From: an uncultured Candidatus Saccharibacteria bacterium
GTDB lineage: Bacteria; Patescibacteriota; Saccharimonadia; Saccharimonadales; JAUPVS01
Assembly (NCBI GenBank): GCA_964462215.1
Contig: CAYWVZ010000002.1
Span: 2,880 to 66,879, forward strand
Direction of reading: 5' to 3'
DNA: 64,000 nt
How positions within the stretch are numbered: the first letter of the stretch is position 1; every line of letters starts with the position of its first letter. Both the position numbers and the translations under genes were made by a program. Shown one piece after another: positions 29,675 through 38,336 of this stretch. Under the pieces are notes generated by a model. It was not told where the DNA came from. It saw only the letters and a program-made list of their open reading frames with translations, and did not search any database.

Positions 29675-30946
29675 GTGGAAGATGTCTTATTTTATCTGTT
29701 GGTCACCGTTGGGTTTATTAACCTGGTCCACTTCGGCTTGTACTTGGTTGGTGCCAATATCTACGATATCCAGCAGTTCCGCCGGCAAGCCCGGCAAACT
29801 AAAGGGGAGCAGGAAAGAGCCCTGGTAACAGTACTGGTACCCGCCCATAACGAAGAGTTAAGTATTATCCGTTGCCTGGATTCTATCCGCAAGAGCACTT
29901 ATCGCAAACTGCAAATCCTGGTAGTCGACGATGCCTCGACCGACCGCACCGGCCAACTGGTACGCTGGTATATTGCCGCCCACCCTTACCGTAATATTGA
30001 GTTGTTGAGGCTGCCGAAAAATCTGGGCAAGGCTGCTGCGCTAAACTATGCCCTAAGTCATGCTACCAGGGGCGAGTTCACGATGACCCTGGATGCCGAC
30101 TCAATCTTGGGTAAAGAAGCTGTGGCTAACGCCATGGCTTACTTCCGCGACCCGACGGTGGTAGGAGTAGCTGCCAACGTACGAGTTATGCACCAGCGCT
30201 CGGCGCTCGGCTTGCTGCAGCGTTTCGAGCACATGATCGGTTACCGTTCCAAAAAACTGTACACCCTGATCAACAGCGAGTTCATCGTCGGCGGCGTAGC
30301 CTCCACCTACCGCTACGAAACGCTGCAGCGACTAGGTTGGTATGACACCGACACGCAGACCGAAGACATCGGCTTGAGTCTCAAGATTAGCGCCAGCGGC
30401 AACCGCGCTAACAAATTGGTGTATGCCGCCGACGTGGTCGCCATGACCGAGGGTGTACAAACTTTCAAGGCATTGTTCCGCCAACGTTACCGCTGGAAAT
30501 TAGGTATGATGCAAAACCTGTTCAAGTACCGCCAAATATTCTTGAGCACCAAACCCATCTACAGCCGCAGCCTGACATTTTACCGCATCCCCATGGCTGT
30601 TCTGGGCGAGTTCATCCTGCTGCTGGAGCCGATTATCCTAGGCTACGTTATCTACCTCAGCATTAGCCACCACCAACCGGGCTTTATTATCGGTGCCTAC
30701 ATTACTATTATGCTGTACTTGGTTTGGACTGTCTGGCACGACGAGCACTTGGGTCTTTGGGGTCGTTTGTCGTTATCGATGTACATGCCGCTGATGTACT
30801 TTATTTTCTATATTATGAACATCGTACAGTTCGTGGCGGTTATCCGCTGTTTGCTTAGCCCTAACCGTATGATGCTCAAAACCCGCAGTGAGGGTACCTG
30901 GGTATCGCCCAAACGCAGCGGCAGCCCGGCCGAAGCTAAAATCTAA
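29675..30946 (+). CDS. Family 2 glycosyltransferase, processive membrane-embedded polysaccharide synthase (PgaC/IcaA/cellulose-synthase-like).
   Basis: VLVPAHNEE...DDASTD...DADS...QRYRW (Q-x-x-R-W) and C-terminal TM helices. Confidence 0.85.
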   Translation: MEDVLFYLLVTVGFINLVHFGLYLVGANIYDIQQFRRQARQTKGEQERALVTVLVPAHNEELSIIRCLDSIRKSTYRKLQILVVDDASTDRTGQLVRWYIAAHPYRNIELLRLPKNLGKAAALNYALSHATRGEFTMTLDADSILGKEAVANAMAYFRDPTVVGVAANVRVMHQRSALGLLQRFEHMIGYRSKKLYTLINSEFIVGGVASTYRYETLQRLGWYDTDTQTEDIGLSLKISASGNRANKLVYAADVVAMTEGVQTFKALFRQRYRWKLGMMQNLFKYRQIFLSTKPIYSRSLTFYRIPMAVLGEFILLLEPIILGYVIYLSISHHQPGFIIGAYITIMLYLVWTVWHDEHLGLWGRLSLSMYMPLMYFIFYIMNIVQFVAVIRCLLSPNRMMLKTRSEGTWVSPKRSGSPAEAKI

Positions 30947-30963
30947 ATTAACAAATATGTGCT

Positions 30964-31041
30964 TGGGGCGAGTGATGGGGATTGAACCCACTACCTCCGG
31001 AACCACAACCCGGCGCTCTAACCAAATGAGCTACACTCGCC
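30964..31041 (-). tRNA. tRNA-His (anticodon GTG) with encoded G-1 and 3' CCA.
   Basis: Reverse complement GGCGAGTGTAGCTCATTTGGTTAGAGCGCCGGGTTGTGGTTCCGGAGGTAGTGGGTTCAATCCCCATCACTCGCCCCA. Confidence 0.8.
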
Positions 31042-31091
31042 GTAAACAGGGGTGATTATACCCTAGGGCGACACAAAAAACAACGGCTATC

Positions 31092-31655
31092 TTAGGCTGT
31101 GATGTCGAGTTGTTGCTGTGGCCGTCTGATTTCGACGACACATTCGCCGGCGGTGCCAGCGTGGCCATCAATAGAAAACCCGGCGCTTAGATCACAATCA
31201 ATTCTGGGGCAAAAATTACCGGCACTGTACTTATCGGCATGCCCCGAGCACGTGTCCATAATGGCTTTGTATAATGTTCGCCGCTCTTCACGATCTTTGG
31301 AGTCATCGCCGGATTCTTCGAACTTCTCTTTCAAACAATAGTCTGATGCTACACATTCGCCGGTTACAGTCCTGCCAGTTTTTATATCATCAATGACAGA
31401 TACGGCACAGTTTCCGATGGTGCAAAGCATTTTGGCACGTGTGGGTGACCAACCCTCCATCGGCCAGCTATTCTTGGTGTCATACGTCTTGAGATCCTCT
31501 AGTATATCTACCTGCTTTTGCTCCAAGGCGACGTCCTCAACCTCTGCGCCCAAAACTCCCATCAAGCAAATACGATCACCATCTTTTCGGCCGCTAAGCC
31601 TATTGGACTCGAACCTCTTCAGACTCTTTTCAGTTGCCGACTCATTCATACTCAC
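31092..31655 (-). CDS. Cysteine-rich hypothetical protein (187 aa), possibly a degenerate YfcE/calcineurin-like phosphoesterase fold.
   Basis: GNCA, DTCSGHADKY and IDGHAGTAGE segments loosely resemble the GNCD / THGH / GHTH motifs. The first metal-binding motif is absent. Confidence 0.35.
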   Translation of the reverse strand: MSMNESATEKSLKRFESNRLSGRKDGDRICLMGVLGAEVEDVALEQKQVDILEDLKTYDTKNSWPMEGWSPTRAKMLCTIGNCAVSVIDDIKTGRTVTGECVASDYCLKEKFEESGDDSKDREERRTLYKAIMDTCSGHADKYSAGNFCPRIDCDLSAGFSIDGHAGTAGECVVEIRRPQQQLDITA

Positions 31656-31723
31656 TCACAGATACTAGACGGCCGCCTTAGTTATTGCAAGCACTAGCGT
31701 GATAAGGAGTTGTGTGTTTGGTG

Positions 31724-31800
31724 TGGCGCCCCGGGAGGGATTCGAACCCCCGACCTTGAGCTTAGAAGTCTCCTGCTCTATCCAACTGAGCTACCAGGGC
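31724..31800 (-). tRNA. tRNA-Arg (anticodon TCT), with an atypical anticodon stem.
   Basis: Reverse complement GCCCTGGTAGCTCAGTTGGATAGAGCAGGAGACTTCTAAGCTCAAGGTCGGGGGTTCGAATCCCTCCCGGGGCGCCA. Acceptor, D and T arms are clean. The anticodon stem has only 3 Watson-Crick pairs, flanked by purine-purine mismatches. Confidence 0.6.
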
Positions 31801-31851
31801 ACGCCGATACCACCGGATATGGTACTAGGGTTGATTATAGCGAAAAACTGT

Positions 31852-32097
31852 TCAGCGTACGAATCTGACCTTGACCTTGGGTGCCGCTTTTTCTGCCCAA
31901 TCCTGCAACCGCCCGACTTGATCGCCCATAGCCAGCTGTTCATGCTCATATGTTTCTTGGCGCTTAACTAGTGGGTCGAGTAAGCCGATTATCCTGTCGA
32001 GATCAGCTTTATCGGCCTTGGTTTCTAAGACTTTTTCGATGTGATCAAAACGCACGTTCATGTGCTTGAAAAGTCTTGTGAATTCATCGCCGCTCAT
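31852..32097 (-). CDS. Hypothetical 81-aa charged/helical protein.
   Basis: ORF between two tRNAs. Confidence 0.3.
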   Translation of the reverse strand: MSGDEFTRLFKHMNVRFDHIEKVLETKADKADLDRIIGLLDPLVKRQETYEHEQLAMGDQVGRLQDWAEKAAPKVKVRFVR

Positions 32098-32176
32098 GGC
32101 TTCATTCTAACAAGCCGGGTGGCTGAAGGTCTAGAAACTTAAGGGGAATTTAATAGTTTTATTTGCAACGATTGTG

Positions 32177-32251
32177 TGGTGCGGGATACCGGAGTCGAAC
32201 CGGTGTCCTCAGTTTGGAAAACTGATATATTAACCGCTATACGAATCCCGC
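32177..32251 (-). tRNA. tRNA-Trp (anticodon CCA).
   Basis: Reverse complement GCGGGATTCGTATAGCGGTTAATATATCAGTTTTCCAAAACTGAGGACACCGGTTCGACTCCGGTATCCCGCACCA. Confidence 0.85.
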
Positions 32252-32280
32252 CTGGCCGTGCCTATTATACCAGAGACAGG

Positions 32281-34707
32281 TTACTGTCGATCGCTGAGGA
32301 TCTGCTCCAGTTCCGGCGCGTCGAGCTGCAGCGTTTGGCCGGGCATGATGCTGTCACCGAGCAAACGTTGCGCCACCACATTTTCGACCGAGCGCTGCAC
32401 CGTGCGGCGCAGCGGCCGCGCGCCCAGGCGCGGGTCGTAGCCTTTGTTGACCAACAACTCTTTGGCCGCCGGCGTCAGCTCAACGCTTATCTTGCGCGCG
32501 GCCAGCGTCTTATTAACACCGGCCATCAGCAAGTCAACCACCTGCAATAACTCTTCTTTGGTGAGCGGACGGAACAGGATAATCTCGTCAAAGCGGTTCA
32601 AAAATTCTGGGCGGAAGATATTGGCGTTAATCAGCTCGTTGACAAACTCTTCTTCGAATTGTTCCAGCTGCTCGCCCCGTTCGATGTGCGCACGGATACG
32701 GTCGGCGCCAGCGTTGCTGGTGGCGATAATAATAGCGTCGCGGAAACTAATTGGTTTGTTTTTGGCATCACGTAACATGCCTTCGTCGAGCATTTGCAGC
32801 AGCAGGTTCAGCACGTTCGGGTGGGCTTTTTCGATTTCATCAAGCAGCACCACGCTAAAAGGTTGTTTGGCAATCTGCGCACACAAACTATACGGGTCGA
32901 TGGCACCGACGGCCAGCAGCCGGTTGGTGTCGTCGGCGTGCGAATATTCGTTGAGGTCAATCCGCACAATCCGGTTTTCGCCGCCAAAGTACACATCCGC
33001 CAAGGCTTTTGACAGTTCGGTTTTACCAACGCCGGTTGGCCCCAAGAACAGGAACGTGCCGATCGGCTTGTTCTCGTTTCGTACGCCGGTGCGAGCCCGG
33101 CGCAGGGCATCGCTGACCAGCTTAACGGCACGGGTCTGGTTGATCATTCGCTCGTGAATGCGCGCCTCCAGGTTAAGCAAGGTGTCTTTATCTTCCGCTG
33201 TGCTGGCAGTCTGGACTTTGATATCAAACGACTTTTCGACAGCTTGCTGTACCGACCGAGCGGTTACAAAGTGCTCTTCTTCAGGGAAGCCGGCCGCCGC
33301 TTCAAGTAATTTGATAGCTTTACCCGGAAAGGCCTGTTCATGGATAAACCGTTCAGCCAGCTTGTAGGCCTCTTTGATAGCTTGGTGCATCAACACCACC
33401 TGATGTTTGCCCTCGATCAGCAAGGTTTGGTCTTCGATAACCTGCACGGTCTCGTCGAAATCCAAAGGGCTGACCACTACACGGTTGAGCGGCTGGACCA
33501 AGCCGGGGTTAGTTTGGCTTAGCCGTAGCCACTCCTGGTCGTCCAAGGCTAAGATAACCTTAAGGGCGCCGCCCTCCAACACCGGCAGCAAAATGTTCGA
33601 CAGGTCGACCGAGCCGGTGCCGTCACGCAAAAACAGTTGGGCTTCGTCCAAAAAGACGATGACATTTTTAGCAGCAATCGCTTCGTTAAATATATGGATT
33701 AGCAACTCTTCCAGCTGGCCGCGGCCTTTGGCGTTGGCAATCAGGTGGGCGGCATCTAGTTCAATCACTTGTTGGTAACGCAGCGATGCCGGTACGTTTT
33801 TTGGTTCTTCTAGAAGCTTTTGGGCAATGGCATACACTAGACTAGTCTTGCCCACCCCGACCTCGCCCACCAGCGCCGCATTACGCCGGCCGGGCTGGCC
33901 CAATAAGTGCACCACTTGGTCAATGACCGGCAAGCGGCTGGCCACCGGCCGCCACAGCAGGCCGCCGCGCTGGATAGTGTCGGTCATGTTGTGGCCGACG
34001 TGGTTCAGCAGCGGTGCCCAGCCAAAGCTCAAGTCCCGCCCGATGCCGCCGTTACCATGCCGCTCCGCAAAACGTTCGCGCGTCTGTTGAATGTGGTGCC
34101 ACCAGCCAACACCAGCGATAATATCGTCACTGTCCAACTGGAACTGGGCTAGCACCATGTCTCGGTTGGGGATAGTAAAGATGAGCGCGGCCACCAGCAC
34201 GGCCGAATCCACCTGCCGGCTGCCGGTGTGGGCGGCAATATCTAAGGCCTGTTGCCAAACAACCGGCGTCTGGGAGGTTTCCGCCGAAGCGGTAGTCTGC
34301 AAAAAGTCCGAACCAAGGGCAAAGCGGGCTCCGAAGAAGTAGGCGCCCTGTTCGTGCTCGACCAGCTTGGCCAGGTCTTTGGGCAACATGTCTTTATGTA
34401 GTTTGGCCAGCAGGTGACGACTCAAAACGGCACTCATGTCGGTGGCTGCGGTAATCTCTTGGGTTGGCGGCAAACCCTTTAGTTCTCCGTAATACCAAAA
34501 CAGCACTAATGCTACTACACCAGCTACCACCAACAGCAGGTGAGCCAGCATCTGGTGCTCGATAAACGCGCCCCAAACCCAACCGGTCAACGAAGCTACA
34601 ACCAACAACCAGCCCAGCCAGCGCATGGCCTTGCTGTCGAACAAACGGGCAAACCGGGCTTTGGCAGCCCGCGGGCTATTGAGGTGCAAGGTTAGGCCAT
34701 CGTTCAT
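32281..34707 (-). CDS. Membrane-anchored Clp/Hsp100-family double-AAA+ ATPase. Architecture: 2 TM, a Clp_N-like repeat, D1, a short linker, D2. No long M-domain and no IGF/IGL ClpP-docking loop were seen.
   Basis: D1 Walker A GEVGVGKTS / B VIVFLDEAQ. D2 Walker A GPTGVGKTE / B VVLLDEIEKAHP. Sensor GARPLRR. N-terminal hydrophobic helices WLGWLLVVASLTGWVWGAF and LLLVVAGVVALVLFWYY. Start at 34707 (MNDGLT) with AGGAGT RBS. Confidence 0.8.
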   Translation of the reverse strand: MNDGLTLHLNSPRAAKARFARLFDSKAMRWLGWLLVVASLTGWVWGAFIEHQMLAHLLLVVAGVVALVLFWYYGELKGLPPTQEITAATDMSAVLSRHLLAKLHKDMLPKDLAKLVEHEQGAYFFGARFALGSDFLQTTASAETSQTPVVWQQALDIAAHTGSRQVDSAVLVAALIFTIPNRDMVLAQFQLDSDDIIAGVGWWHHIQQTRERFAERHGNGGIGRDLSFGWAPLLNHVGHNMTDTIQRGGLLWRPVASRLPVIDQVVHLLGQPGRRNAALVGEVGVGKTSLVYAIAQKLLEEPKNVPASLRYQQVIELDAAHLIANAKGRGQLEELLIHIFNEAIAAKNVIVFLDEAQLFLRDGTGSVDLSNILLPVLEGGALKVILALDDQEWLRLSQTNPGLVQPLNRVVVSPLDFDETVQVIEDQTLLIEGKHQVVLMHQAIKEAYKLAERFIHEQAFPGKAIKLLEAAAGFPEEEHFVTARSVQQAVEKSFDIKVQTASTAEDKDTLLNLEARIHERMINQTRAVKLVSDALRRARTGVRNENKPIGTFLFLGPTGVGKTELSKALADVYFGGENRIVRIDLNEYSHADDTNRLLAVGAIDPYSLCAQIAKQPFSVVLLDEIEKAHPNVLNLLLQMLDEGMLRDAKNKPISFRDAIIIATSNAGADRIRAHIERGEQLEQFEEEFVNELINANIFRPEFLNRFDEIILFRPLTKEELLQVVDLLMAGVNKTLAARKISVELTPAAKELLVNKGYDPRLGARPLRRTVQRSVENVVAQRLLGDSIMPGQTLQLDAPELEQILSDRQ

Positions 34708-35078
34708 CGCCCGACTCCTATCGCCATCAGGATTAAGGCAACCGGCAAAGCTAGAGGAATCAACGGCCACAACACTACAAAGATAACACCGGTAACCAAT
34801 ACGAAGAGGCTGCAAACCAAGCCGGCTATAATGATAAAACTGCGGGCGAAGAAGCCGACGAAGCGCGAGACCAGGTTATCGATAAACGTCCGCATGCGCA
34901 TATCAAGTGAACCGCGGCCCTGGCTTTGGGTCTGCTTAAACGGCGCGAATAGTGTTCGCAATAACGCTCCCATCGAAAAGGTTTCGTTGCACCACAGCAA
35001 GCGCTGCCCCAGGCCGCGCTTGAGCGCCCATTGCCAGCCAGCACCATACCACCAGCGTAAGCATAACCATATCACCAT
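34704..35078 (-). CDS. Small membrane protein (124 aa), translationally coupled (ATGA overlap) to the Clp-like ATPase.
   Basis: C-terminal TM pair IIIAGLVCSLFVLVTGVIFVVLWPLIPLALPVALILMAIG. Confidence 0.4.
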   Translation of the reverse strand: MVIWLCLRWWYGAGWQWALKRGLGQRLLWCNETFSMGALLRTLFAPFKQTQSQGRGSLDMRMRTFIDNLVSRFVGFFARSFIIIAGLVCSLFVLVTGVIFVVLWPLIPLALPVALILMAIGVGR

Positions 35079-35171
35079 AAGCAGTATTGTATCAGACTAT
35101 CTCTGTTATACGGAATGGTGGAAATCAGTGGCGCCAGCGAGGTATAATAAGTGGTACATAAAGGAGGTACC

Positions 35172-35594
35172 ATGGATACAACAGATTACGGCCAACAGCC
35201 ATATGTAGTAAACATTGAAGAACTAACTAAACAGAATGACAATTTCCGGGTAGCCAAGTGGACTGGGAAGAACTTGCAAATGACCGTCATGTCGATTGAG
35301 GTCGGCGGTGAGGTCGGGCTGGAAGTTCACGATGACCACGACCAGTTCCTGCGCATCGAAGCCGGCGAAGCCAAGGTGGTCATGGGCCCCGCCGAAGACA
35401 ATCTCACTTTCGAGAAAGAGGCCGAGGATGACTTTGCCATTTTTGTTCCGGCCGGTACCTGGCACAACATTATTAACGTTGGCAACGAGCCGCTCAAGCT
35501 CTACTCGATCTACGCACCAGCCGAACACGCCAAAGGAACTATCCACAAGACCTACGAAGAAGCCATGGCGGCCGAAGCCGAACACCACAGCTAA
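35172..35594 (+). CDS. Cupin-domain protein.
   Basis: Two-His cupin motifs GLEVHDDHDQFL...GTWHNIINVGNEP. Strong GGAGG RBS. Confidence 0.65.
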   Translation: MDTTDYGQQPYVVNIEELTKQNDNFRVAKWTGKNLQMTVMSIEVGGEVGLEVHDDHDQFLRIEAGEAKVVMGPAEDNLTFEKEAEDDFAIFVPAGTWHNIINVGNEPLKLYSIYAPAEHAKGTIHKTYEEAMAAEAEHHS

Positions 35595-35634
35595 CGCGTG
35601 GCATCGTAACTACCTTTAGGCTAGAATAAAGCAT

Positions 35635-37515
35635 ATGCGTTCTTTCTTTGTTGTTGTTGCCCGCTTTGTCAAAAATTATGGCTGGCTGAACGGCGCCCTG
35701 GCGGTAGCTGTGGTAGCAGCTGTCTTGTCATTGACCGGCAAGGCTGGTTTGGCGCAGTGGATCTTGGCTATCGGCACAACCGTTTGTGCCCTGCCGATTG
35801 TCTGGGATATTATCCAATCTATCCGGTACGGCAAGTACGGAGTAGATATTTTAGCGCTTACCGCCGTGGTGGCCTCTGTTCTGTTGCGGCAGTACTGGGC
35901 CGGCATCATTATTGTGATAATGTTTCTGGGCGGCAGAGCGTTAGAAGATTACGCTCAGCGGCGAGCCAAAGCCGAATTGACCGACTTGCTGAAGCGGGCA
36001 CCAAAGAAGGCCCGGCTGCTCAAGGGCGGTAAAACCGTCGATATTTTGGCCAGTGCCGTTAAAGTCCGCGACAAATTATTAATTAAGCCGGGCGAACTGA
36101 TACCGGTAGATGCGGTTATTGTGGACGGCGAAGCCAGTATTGACGAATCCAGCCTGACCGGCGAAAGCCTGCCGGTCGAGAAAAAGGCCGGCGACGAGCT
36201 GCTGAGCGGCTCGGTGAACTTAGACGGTGTCTTGACGGTCAAGGCCCTGCGGGTCGCCGCCGACAGCCAGTACGAACAGATTATCAAGTTGGTCCGTAAC
36301 GCTACCTCGCACCAGTCGCCGTTTGTACGCCTGGCCGACCGCTACAGTATTCCTTTTACAATTACCGCGTACGTTATTGCCGTCAGTGTATGGATTGTAT
36401 CGGGTGACCCGATGCGCTTTTTGGAAGTCATCGTGGTAGCCACGCCATGTCCGCTATTGCTGGCTGCGCCTATTGCACTGGTTTCCGGTATGAGCCGGGC
36501 AGCCAGACACGGGATTATTGTCAAGAGCGGTTCGGCTTTGGAAAAGCTGGCCGAGACCCACACCATGGCCTTTGATAAAACCGGCACCTTGACTATGGGA
36601 AAGCCGGTGGTTGGTGGCATCAAGACGTTTAACGATTTTTCTAAAGACGAGGTGCTGGCTTTAGCGGCCAGTGTAGAGCAGAACTCCAACCATACACTGG
36701 CACGAACCATGGTGGCAGCTGCGGCCGGCCGGGAACTGAAGTTAATAAAAGTCAAAGACGTCCGTGAGCAGGCCGGCTCCGGCGTCAGCGGCACCGTCAA
36801 GCACCGCCGCGTATTAGTTGGCAACGCCACCTTGCTGGCCGGAGCCGGCGTCAGCCTGCCGGCACGCGTCAGCCGGGCCGCAGCTGCCACCACAGCCCTC
36901 ATTGCCATTGACGGAAAACTGGCTGGAGCCATCCATTTTAGCGACGAACCGCGCCCCGAAAGCAAAGCTACACTGCGACGCCTTAAAGAGCTTGGCATCC
37001 GCCATATCTTAATGATTACCGGCGACAATAAAGCTAGCGCCCAAATAATCGCCAAGAAGGTCGGCATTACGGAAGTCCAGGCCGACTGCCTGCCGGCCGA
37101 TAAACTTCACGCTGTCGAGGATATCAAGCACCGGCCGGTGGCCTTTGTTGGGGACGGCGTCAACGACGCGCCGGTCCTGACTACCGCCGACGTCGGCATC
37201 GCCCTGGGCGCCAAGGGTTCGGCGGCCGCCAGCGAATCGGCCGACGTCGTTATTATGCTCGACGACCTTGGCCACGTCGCCACAGCCGTAGACATTGCCA
37301 AGCGCACTTTCTTCATTGCCAAGCAAAGTATTTTCGTCGGCATTTTTATAAGCCTGGGCCTGATGCTCGTTTTTGCCACCGGCCGTTTCTCGCCGGTTTC
37401 CGGCGCCTTGATCCAAGAGCTCGTGGACGTTATTGTTATCGTCAACGCGCTGCGTGCGCTTGGCTCATGGCATAAACGACAGCCGGTAAACAGCGCCGCC
37501 GAGGCCGCTGCCTAA
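35635..37515 (+). CDS. P1B-type heavy-metal translocating P-type ATPase. No N-terminal metal-binding domain. The TM6 motif is CPL.
   Basis: DKTGTLT, TGES, GDGVNDAP, and TPCPLLLAAP in TM6. Confidence 0.85.
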   Translation: MRSFFVVVARFVKNYGWLNGALAVAVVAAVLSLTGKAGLAQWILAIGTTVCALPIVWDIIQSIRYGKYGVDILALTAVVASVLLRQYWAGIIIVIMFLGGRALEDYAQRRAKAELTDLLKRAPKKARLLKGGKTVDILASAVKVRDKLLIKPGELIPVDAVIVDGEASIDESSLTGESLPVEKKAGDELLSGSVNLDGVLTVKALRVAADSQYEQIIKLVRNATSHQSPFVRLADRYSIPFTITAYVIAVSVWIVSGDPMRFLEVIVVATPCPLLLAAPIALVSGMSRAARHGIIVKSGSALEKLAETHTMAFDKTGTLTMGKPVVGGIKTFNDFSKDEVLALAASVEQNSNHTLARTMVAAAAGRELKLIKVKDVREQAGSGVSGTVKHRRVLVGNATLLAGAGVSLPARVSRAAAATTALIAIDGKLAGAIHFSDEPRPESKATLRRLKELGIRHILMITGDNKASAQIIAKKVGITEVQADCLPADKLHAVEDIKHRPVAFVGDGVNDAPVLTTADVGIALGAKGSAAASESADVVIMLDDLGHVATAVDIAKRTFFIAKQSIFVGIFISLGLMLVFATGRFSPVSGALIQELVDVIVIVNALRALGSWHKRQPVNSAAEAAA

Positions 37516-37538
37516 TACTAGAAAACTCCAGCCTGGCA

Positions 37539-38186
37539 CTAGCTAATATGCGCCACTTGCAGAATGGCAATCACTAAAATCGGTACGAAGATATTATCGG
37601 TGCCGGCGATAGCTACGTTTTCAACCAGAGTGGCAGCCAGCGGCAGCCATATCAGCAGCGGCAATAGCGGCCAGCTTAGGCCGTTGTGACTTAACAGCAC
37701 CGTTCCTAAAATAATGCCGGTTGATATCGCTAAAAACGTCGTCGTACCGGCCAGCGTCTTGGTGTAGTTGCGGATACTGTAACGGTGATGCTTACCGTAC
37801 CGGCCGCTGCCGACTACCGCTGCAAAGCCGTCGGCCAATGATAAATGCAAAATAGCCGCTGTAAAGATTAGCGGCGGCGGCGCAATCAGTGCGCTAACAC
37901 CGATGCCGATCGGAAAGAACAGCTCCCCCCATGTTTTACGCGTGACGCCATGCACAGCCCGAAAGATATTCTTTTGCCGCGACAGCAGTACCACCGCGAT
38001 AAAGGCCAGGCTCATCAGCTGGATCTGCCGCCAACTCAAAAAAAATGGCCAAAAGGCCACGAATGTTCCAACACTGATATGGATAAACTTGCGGGCCGTT
38101 TCGCCGCGCATACGTTTGGTGTGCCACAACACCTCGGCGACAGCCAACAAGACAAAGACCACAGCAACAGCTATGAGCAGATTCAT
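37539..38186 (-). CDS. Polytopic membrane protein of the CTP-transferase / dolichol-kinase-like superfamily. Tentative.
   Basis: ADGFAAVVGSGRYGKHH resembles the CdsA / phytol-kinase active-site segment. Start trimmed to 38186 to avoid overlapping the tRNA. Confidence 0.45.
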   Translation of the reverse strand: MNLLIAVAVVFVLLAVAEVLWHTKRMRGETARKFIHISVGTFVAFWPFFLSWRQIQLMSLAFIAVVLLSRQKNIFRAVHGVTRKTWGELFFPIGIGVSALIAPPPLIFTAAILHLSLADGFAAVVGSGRYGKHHRYSIRNYTKTLAGTTTFLAISTGIILGTVLLSHNGLSWPLLPLLIWLPLAATLVENVAIAGTDNIFVPILVIAILQVAHIS

Positions 38187-38227
38187 GACCCTATTGTACG
38201 CCACTTTTGTTGATGATACATGGTAAA

Positions 38228-38303
38228 TGGTCAGGGTGAGAGGACTTGAACCTCCGACCTCAGCGTCCCGAACGCTGCGCGCTACCAACTGCGCCACACC
38301 CTG
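38228..38303 (-). tRNA. tRNA-Pro (anticodon CGG).
   Basis: Reverse complement CAGGGTGTGGCGCAGTTGGTAGCGCGCAGCGTTCGGGACGCTGAGGTCGGAGGTTCAAGTCCTCTCACCCTGACCA. Confidence 0.85.
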
Positions 38304-38336
38304 ATATTCCTATTTTAGCAAACTTCAGGTATACAC

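Noticed and set aside
32176-32550. 124-aa plus-strand ORF beginning at the tRNA-Trp locus.
   Set aside because: It overlaps tRNA-Trp and the 5' end of the Clp-like ATPase gene on the opposite strand. Its translation reads like tRNA sequence (MVRDTGVEPVSS).
32444-34342. Multiple 60-240-aa ORFs antisense to the Clp-like ATPase gene (for example 32444..33157 +).
   Set aside because: They have low-complexity Ser/Ala/Arg-rich translations typical of antisense frames in a GC-rich gene, and are fully contained within a well-supported 808-aa gene.
37539-38297. The long form of the CdsA-like membrane ORF starting MAQLVARSVRDAEVGGSSPLTLT.
   Set aside because: Its first ~37 codons are the reverse-strand translation of tRNA-Pro(CGG). 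The start was trimmed to the internal Met at 38186.
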